A stretch of 64,000 nucleotides of DNA, from positions 227,850,001-227,914,000 of the forward strand of contig OZ024743.1 of assembly GCA_964016885.1 (NCBI GenBank), given 5' to 3'. The position numbers and the translations under genes are program-made. Source of the DNA: Eledone cirrhosa. Lineage: Eukaryota. This document shows, one piece after another, positions 56,717-64,000 of the stretch (position 1 is the stretch's first letter; every line of letters begins with the position of its first letter). A model generated the notes under the pieces. That model did not search any database, had not been told where the DNA came from, and worked only from the letters and a program-made list of their open reading frames with translations.

Positions 56717-59700
56717 AATATATTCACTATAAAACAGTTGTTGTGGTATTTAGTCCTCTATTTTTTATTAAATTATTAGAAAGTATAGTTGAAGACCTTT
56801 TCATATAGAGCTCTAATGGAAAAATACACATGGGTAGTTTACTAATGTCTTCTTAATAGGACTGAATAAGAGTTTGAAATTATGTACTAATGAAACACTC
56901 GTCCATATGACAGTGCTACCACTGATTACAATGAGAAACTACACCCTCCTGTGTGTGGTACATTCTTATAGATCTAAGAGAACTTACACAATAAACATGC
57001 AATTTTAATGTCTTCTTCCTTGCTAAGATAAGGCTTAGGCTAGTAGACCCCATGACAGATTTCACATTCCTCATAGGGTTCATTTTGAGAGGTATAATAT
57101 TTTATTTTCGGATGCCCTTCTTAATGCCAACTTTTTAAATCACTTCTTATGACATGTAGGGATGTAGCATATGTATCCATTCTAAACTGGATACACACAG
57201 CCATTATACAGTTAATTAACTTAGCCCCTGAATCACAGTGACCCGATATGTAACCACCAACTGATCTCTTATCTGACTATCTAATGTAATGTTGAGTTAG
57301 CCATCAGCAGCTTTTACTTAAAAATGAACTGTAGGTAGTAAATAATGATGATGATGATGATAACAACAACAACTAGAAAAATAATAATAAGGTAAAGTGT
57401 GTGATGAAATTATTTTGGAAAGTTTCCAACTGTTATAGAACCTTCAATTTACTTCAGTGTAATTACTTTATGGCAGTGAGGCATGCAAAGGTTGGTAAGA
57501 TCTAAAGTCAAGAGTGCTACTGTTAAATCTAATAACATCCACTTACTTTTCACCAGTAAAGCTTACTGATGAAAGAGTAACTGGTCACTGACCATACCGA
57601 TACCTGCCTTCACCTACTCCACTGACTTAAAAATGATAGTCGCTAGAAGCTAAAATCATGATTGTAATGCCAGTTATGATGCTTATTATATAAACAGGCA
57701 AGATGCAAAAGGAAATGTACGAATGAGTCAAAATATTATTCCACACCTCCATACAACACATCTCTCTCTCAAGGCAACAAAGGAGCATTTTTACAGCCAA
57801 ATTTACTTTCTTTAAAAAAAGAACATTCAGGCGATATTTTTGTTTATGTAGGTTTTATTGGCCTTCAAAGAGGTTAAACCCCATAGATGATTTCTCATGA
57901 GTTTTAATGATAAGGGCTCTAGTCCTGTCATGAAAAATGTGTAATGAAGTGCCTTGCTTAAGGACACAATATGCTACCCAGTCTCAGGAGGTGAACCCAT
58001 GACCTTATGATTGTGAGTCTATCAACAAAGCAATTGCTATACAAAATAGTCATAATGGCCAGAGTAGGTGTCTTTGATCATAGGTCTGCTCAGTTATGGC
58101 TGACCTACAGCTAAAGAACATATCAATCTTGAGTTAATCAAAAAGTTTCTATGCAGTTACTCAACCTGATAAAAATAGCTGCCAAATCACCCTTAAAAAT
58201 TGCACCCTACAATATTAGAAAAGAATTGCATGATGTGGTTCTAGATACATAAGGTCAAAAATAAAAATAAAAATGAAAGACAGGATAGCCACTGCTGGAA
58301 GAGCTTTGATGAGGATTGAACTCAGAACTAAACATTCTCCCATTTCTTTTTTATATTACAGTTCTGTTTACTTTAACCCTTTTGATATTAGCTTAGCCAA
58401 AACCAACACTAGTTCTATGAAACAAAAAAACTTATTTTAAAGGTTTCATAAATAGGTTAAAATCTTCCAACATATTTGTTATCTAAGAGCCATGTGTTAA
58501 GTTACTATCTCAGTAATTAAATAAAAATAATATTAGTTAATCCCACAAAATTGTTCATTAATTAAATTGAAATAGTTTATTTATTAGAAATATAATCACT
58601 AAAGATAAGAGAGGGGGGGGGCTATATTGTGATGAACTTGTAAGACATGAGAAGAACCATTTGTTGTGTGCTACATGGCACTGTATATGGAACCTAGCAC
58701 CATGTAGTTGTGAAGCAAACTCCTTAACCACACATCTATGCTTATACCTATGGGCAATAGGGCAATCATTTCAGTGATAGTAGAAGTGTGGTGGTGATGG
58801 TGGTGGTGGTAGGAAAATAACAATCATTTAATAGCTCTTCTCACCATCACCTTGTCTTTCCACTTACAGCTCACTTAAATGGCAGTTACATGAAGAGGGC
58901 GAACTATAATTACATATATGCCAGGCATTAGCTACACAGAACTCAACAACAACAATTATGGATACAACTACAACCACTACAACAACAACAAAAACAATAA
59001 TAATGGCAACAAAAGCAACAATAATGACAACAATGACATCAATGACAATCACAACTAGAGCAACAACAACAACTGCAACCACTACAACAACAAATATAAA
59101 ACAATAACAATGGCAACAATAACCAACACATTTACAGTAATAACAACAACAATGATAATACAAAAAGAAAACAACAACGACCACAGCAACAACATTAATA
59201 ACAACAACAACAACAATAGCAATAACAGGGGCAATAATAACTACAATAATGGCAACAACAACAACAACAACACTAATATCACTGAAATAGACAGGAAGGT
59301 AAAAGTATGGAAGGCAATAGATTCATCTGACCCTGACATCATATAATCATATCTACTACACTACCCATCATAACACCATGGCTCATGGGAAGCTACCTTC
59401 ATTTGGCTACGGCTAGCCTCGTTAGATAAAGTCTAATTTCATTCTAGTTTTCAGTAATGGTGAGACAGTTGTTGTTAAAAGCTAATCCTTGCTGCCAAAC
59501 ATTAAGTTAATGGTGACTATAGAACAGAGCTTCAGCTTTCTTCCAGATTCACTACTTTGCTTTAATATCGAGGTTGCAACGCCACATCAGTTACGAATCA
59601 TTTATTTCCATCTCTTGTTGTTGTCATTCAACTCAATGGAGAAGTGTTGAAGGAAAGGAAGAAAGGCGAGAGGGTCGGGTGTGAGCGAGCGGAAGGGCAT

Positions 59701-59776
59701 GGCACCAGAGAGAGAGAGAGAGAGTTAGTGGAGAGAGTATGTGTGTGTTAGAAGAAATAAAAAGAGATAGATAGTT

Positions 59777-59811
<35 letters not shown>

Positions 59812-60016
59812 ATAGAGAGAAAGAGAGTGAGCAGGAGAGATTGTGTTCATGTTAGAGGAAATAGAGAGAAAACAGAAACCACTGAGATAAAGAGGAAGAT
59901 GCAGAGATGAATGTAAAGTTAGTAAGTGGGAAGGATAGAGAGAAAGAGTGAAAAGTGTGCAAAGACAGAGAGGTGGAAGGACAGAAAAAAGGGGTGTAAA
60001 GATAGAGTTGTTGGTG

Positions 60017-60435
60017 AGAAGAAGAAGAAGAAGAAGAAGAAGAAGAAGAAGAAGAAGAAGAAGAAGAAGAAGAAGAAGAAGAAGAAGAAAATCAGTAAAA
60101 TTGTTCATTTCACAGAGAGAGAGGGAAAAAGAGGGAAAGAGAGAGAAGAGAAAGAAAGAGAGAAAAGGAGAGGGAAAGAGAGAGAAAAGAAAGAAAGAGA
60201 GAAAATGAGAGGAAGAGAGAGAGGACGTGAGAAAAAGAAGAAAGGAAGAGAAAGTGAGAGAAAGGGATAGAAAAGGAGAGAAAGAGAGAAAAAGAGAAAG
60301 GGAGAGGAGGAGAGAAGAGAAAGGGATAGAAAGAAAGAGGAAAGGAGAGAAAGTGAGAAAAAGGGAAGAGAGGAGAGGAGAGAAAGAGAGAGGAAAGGAG
60401 AGAAAGAGAGAGGAAGACCCAGTGAGGGAAGATTG
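60017..60435. repeat. (GAA)n and A/G polypurine tract
   Basis: Read directly. Confidence 0.93.
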
Positions 60436-60817
60436 AGTGTTAATTATAAAAGCTAGAGAGAGAGAGAAAGAGTTTGAGAAAGAAGAAGAAGGAAAATGAG
60501 AGAGTAGGAATCAGTAATGCTGTACATTTGACAATGTAAATTCCGTGGTCTGCCTCCATTTTACTGTAAGGTTAATTAACTGTATGGTTCCTATTGTATT
60601 CTAGACATTGCTGCTGTAACTTGAAGAGTTTAGTAAAGGCAAGAATACACAAGATAGCAATGATTGGAGTGACATATAGTATATACATATATAGATAGAT
60701 AGACACACACACATAAATATATATATACATATACACACATATATACACACACACACACATATATATACACACACACACACACATGTATACACACACACAC
60801 AAATATACATACACATA

Positions 60818-60902
<85 letters not shown>

Positions 60903-60962
60903 ATGTAAACGACTTTTGTAACATCATCATCATTATTAATGTTATTATTATATTATTATGCC

Positions 60963-61086
60963 ATTCTGAGTTCAAATCCCGCCGAGGTTAACTTTGCCTT
61001 TCATCCTTACGGGGTCGATACAATAAAGTACCAGTAATGCACTAAGATAATTGCTGGCCTTATGCCAAAAGTAGAAACAATTATTA
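60963..61086 (+). mobile_element. 5'-truncated SINE family A copy (starts just upstream of the B-box)
   Basis: tctgagttcaaatcccgccgaggttaactttgcc...gtagaaacaattatta, inserted in an (ATT)n run. Confidence 0.85.
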
Positions 61087-61923
61087 TATATATATAGAGA
61101 GAGGGAGAGAGAGAGAGAAATAGAAAGGAGAGAGGTCAGGAGATAGAGAGGGAGTGCGGGAGATACATATAGGGTGGAAGGAAGTGAGAAGGAAAGATGG
61201 GGAAAGTATGAGGAGGGGGAGATGGATCAAGAGATCGAAGAGAGCATGAGTTAGTAGAAAAGGGAAGGATATATAGAGAGAGAAGAAGAAAAAGATAGAG
61301 ATAAAGAAAGAGAGAGTGAGGGAAGTAAAGATGGCGAGACAATTCCACAGATGAATGAGACTGTGACAGAAGAAGGGAGGAGTTTTCAGTTGACATTTTA
61401 GATAAAAAAAAAAAGTAAAAATAAAAATAGAACAGTGTCTAATTAACGACAAAAAAAAAAAAATAGAGAGAGAGAGAAAAAACATGAAGGGAAATGAATA
61501 AATACATTTTTTTTTTTTCAAATCTAAATTTGCTATTAAAAAATTAGAGAAAAAAGGCCAGGAAAAGAGTAAAAAAACGCCCACATCCCCCCAAAAGAAC
61601 CAAAAAATAAACAAAATGTTGAAAAACTAAATTAAAATGGAAATAAAACTTGTTGAAATTAAATTAAGACAAAAATAGAAGTTATTTAAGGAAAACACTA
61701 AAAAAATTAAATAAGTGTTATTTTTTTTTTAGTTCTTTAATAGATAACATTTCTTCCTATTGTTTGATTTGACATAGGTTGGCTATCTTTTGGCTGCACA
61801 ATATCAATAGCACATTACATTTGTAGCCACCTGATGAAGACAGAGGAGGTGAAGAAAGGAGGAGGGGAGATAGTGAGATAGACAGATGGATTAAGAGATA
61901 GAGACACATTTCACTCATCATTT

Positions 61924-62260
61924 CATCATCATTTCATTTTACATCCGCTTTTTCTCTGCTTACAAGGGTGGGATGGGAACTGATTCTGGCTTGATTTCTA
62001 CAGCTGGATGCCCTTCCTAACACCAACCTCATTTACAGTGAGTGCTGGGTGCTTTTTTTGCTGTGGCATCTCCACGACCACTTTGCAGTGGAATGATAGT
62101 GACCCCAGTCCCTATCATCTCATTTCTACAGCTGAGTAAACTGGAGCAATGCGAAATAAAGTGTCTTGCTCAAGGAAACAACACATCACCCGGTCTGAGA
62201 ATTGAACTCACAACCTTTCCATTGCAAGGCTAATGCTCTAACCACTAAGCCATGTGCCTC
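61924..62260 (-). mobile_element. Composite SINE, copy 3
   Basis: Near-identical to 50131-50465. Confidence 0.85.
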
Positions 62261-62344
62261 ACTACTTTTATTAATGATATTTTAAAAAAGCAAGATGTTT
62301 CCCATCAAACCATCAGCAAATAACAACAACAACAAAAACAACAA

Positions 62345-62555
62345 TAATAATTATTTCTACTTTTGGCACAAGGCCAGCAATTACCCAGTACATTACTGGT
62401 ACTTTATTTTATCGACCCCATAAGGATGAAAGGCAAAGTTAACCTCAGCGGATTTGAACTCAGAACACAAAGAGCCATAACTCTATGCTGCAAAGCATGG
62501 CATCAGACCCTCTACCAGTAATAATGGTTTCTTATATAGGCACAAGGCCAGCAAT

Positions 62556-62587
<32 letters not shown>

Positions 62588-63141
62588 GGAGTCAATTAAA
62601 TTGACCCCAGTGTATGATTGGTACTTTATTGACCCTGTAAGGATGAAAAGCAAAGCTAGCGTCAGCAAGATTTGAACTCAGAACATAAAGGGCCATAACT
62701 CTATGTTACGAAGTATGGTGTCTGAGACTCTACCGATACTACCAATCCACCTCCCAATAATAATAATTGTTTCTACTTTAGGCACAAGGCCAGCAAATAC
62801 CCAGTGCATTACTGGTACTTTATTTTATCGACCCCGTAAGGATGAAAGGCAAAGTCAACCTCGGCAGGTTTTGAACTCAGATCGTAAAGGGACGTAACTA
62901 TGCTGGAAAGCATGGCGTCCGACCCTCCACTGATACTGATAATGATTATTATTATTGGTGAATTGGCAGTATAGGTAGAGCATCGGACATGCTTTCCAGC
63001 ATAGTTACGTCCCTTTACGGTCTGAGTTCAAATCCCGCCAAGGTTAACTTTGCCTTTCATCTTTACGGGGTCGATAAAATAAAGTACCAGTAATGTACTG
63101 GGTAATTGCTGGCCTTGTCCCAAAAGTAGAAACAATTATTA
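62345..63141. mobile_element. Cluster of four SINE family A copies (three minus, one plus)
   Basis: Minus copies at 62345-62515, 62520-62755 and 62761-62938; plus copy at 62957-63141. Confidence 0.88.
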
Positions 63142-64000
63142 TAATGGTTTCCAATTTAGGTACAAGGTCAGCAATTTGAAGGGAGAGTTTATTACCAACA
63201 ACGTTTTATAAAGTCCTTAAGTTGGTGTTGGTGCAGGAAACCTAATCAACTAAGTGGAGTATAGACATGAATGATAAATGCCTAGAGGTTTGGTTACAGA
63301 TTAAGTTACAAGGGAAATATAAATAAGAGAGGGCAATTGAGTGTTTTAACCCTTTTTAATATCAAACAGCCTGAAACCACCTGGCTCTGATACAAAGCTG
63401 TTTTATTTAAAGAGTTTATTATATTCATCTGAGAAACTTCCAAGATTATTTTCTGTAAGAAGCTTTGTTATGTTCCAAATACCAACCTAATAGCAAGTTG
63501 GTAATATTACTAAATCCCACCAACTTCTTGATTATTTTGCAAATGATTTGAAAATCATAGACAGTATTTATCATGAGAAATATGCTAACAAAATGTAGAG
63601 GTGGCATAGAGGTGTTAAGTGGCAAGTTCACTAGAGAGAAGCAAAAAGATTGATGTGCTTTTATGGCAGGTCAGCAATTGGAGAGTGTTATTTTAATCAA
63701 CGTGGTCTGAATGCTAGTCTGTAATTTGTGACTGCATATGTATGTTCATGTATGTGTGGTCAGTTGGTTAATTGGTTCGAGTGAAAGCAGTAATTTTCTA
63801 ATGCGGGTGCTTATATTTGTATTTTTCATTGAGTTAGCAGCTGTTTTGGTGCAGAGAGTGATGGGTAAGACCAATAAACTCTGCCATGCTAACTATCATT
63901 CAATAGAGTTATATCCTGCAAAGACTGTTCAATAGGGAGATGTAGAATTCACACCTGCTACTCATGGTTACTTTGGTGCTTGTGTTTCTATTGGTTTCTC

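Overview
AT-rich, microsatellite-dense animal genomic DNA. The (TA)n/(CA)n load and the tRNA-derived SINE types suggest a coleoid cephalopod such as Octopus (inference, not verified). The window appears to lie inside one large minus-strand ephrin gene. Two coding exons are recoverable (35216-35099 and 1296-1125), separated by a 33.8-kb intron; I found no signal-peptide exon and no C-terminal exons in the window. The introns hold an 8.3-kb G/T-rich minisatellite with a 2515-bp higher-order duplication, a decayed RTE-clade LINE, a bipartite non-autonomous RTE element, a Tc1/mariner-type MITE and dozens of SINEs. The most notable finding is at least three small non-coding element families carrying type I hammerhead ribozyme motifs. 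Two of them are head-to-head fold-backs, one with perfect 165-bp arms. Each of those two families has a copy with a consensus catalytic core on the ephrin sense strand, immediately after its own antisense arm. Almost all ORFs in the supplied track are translations of simple repeats.
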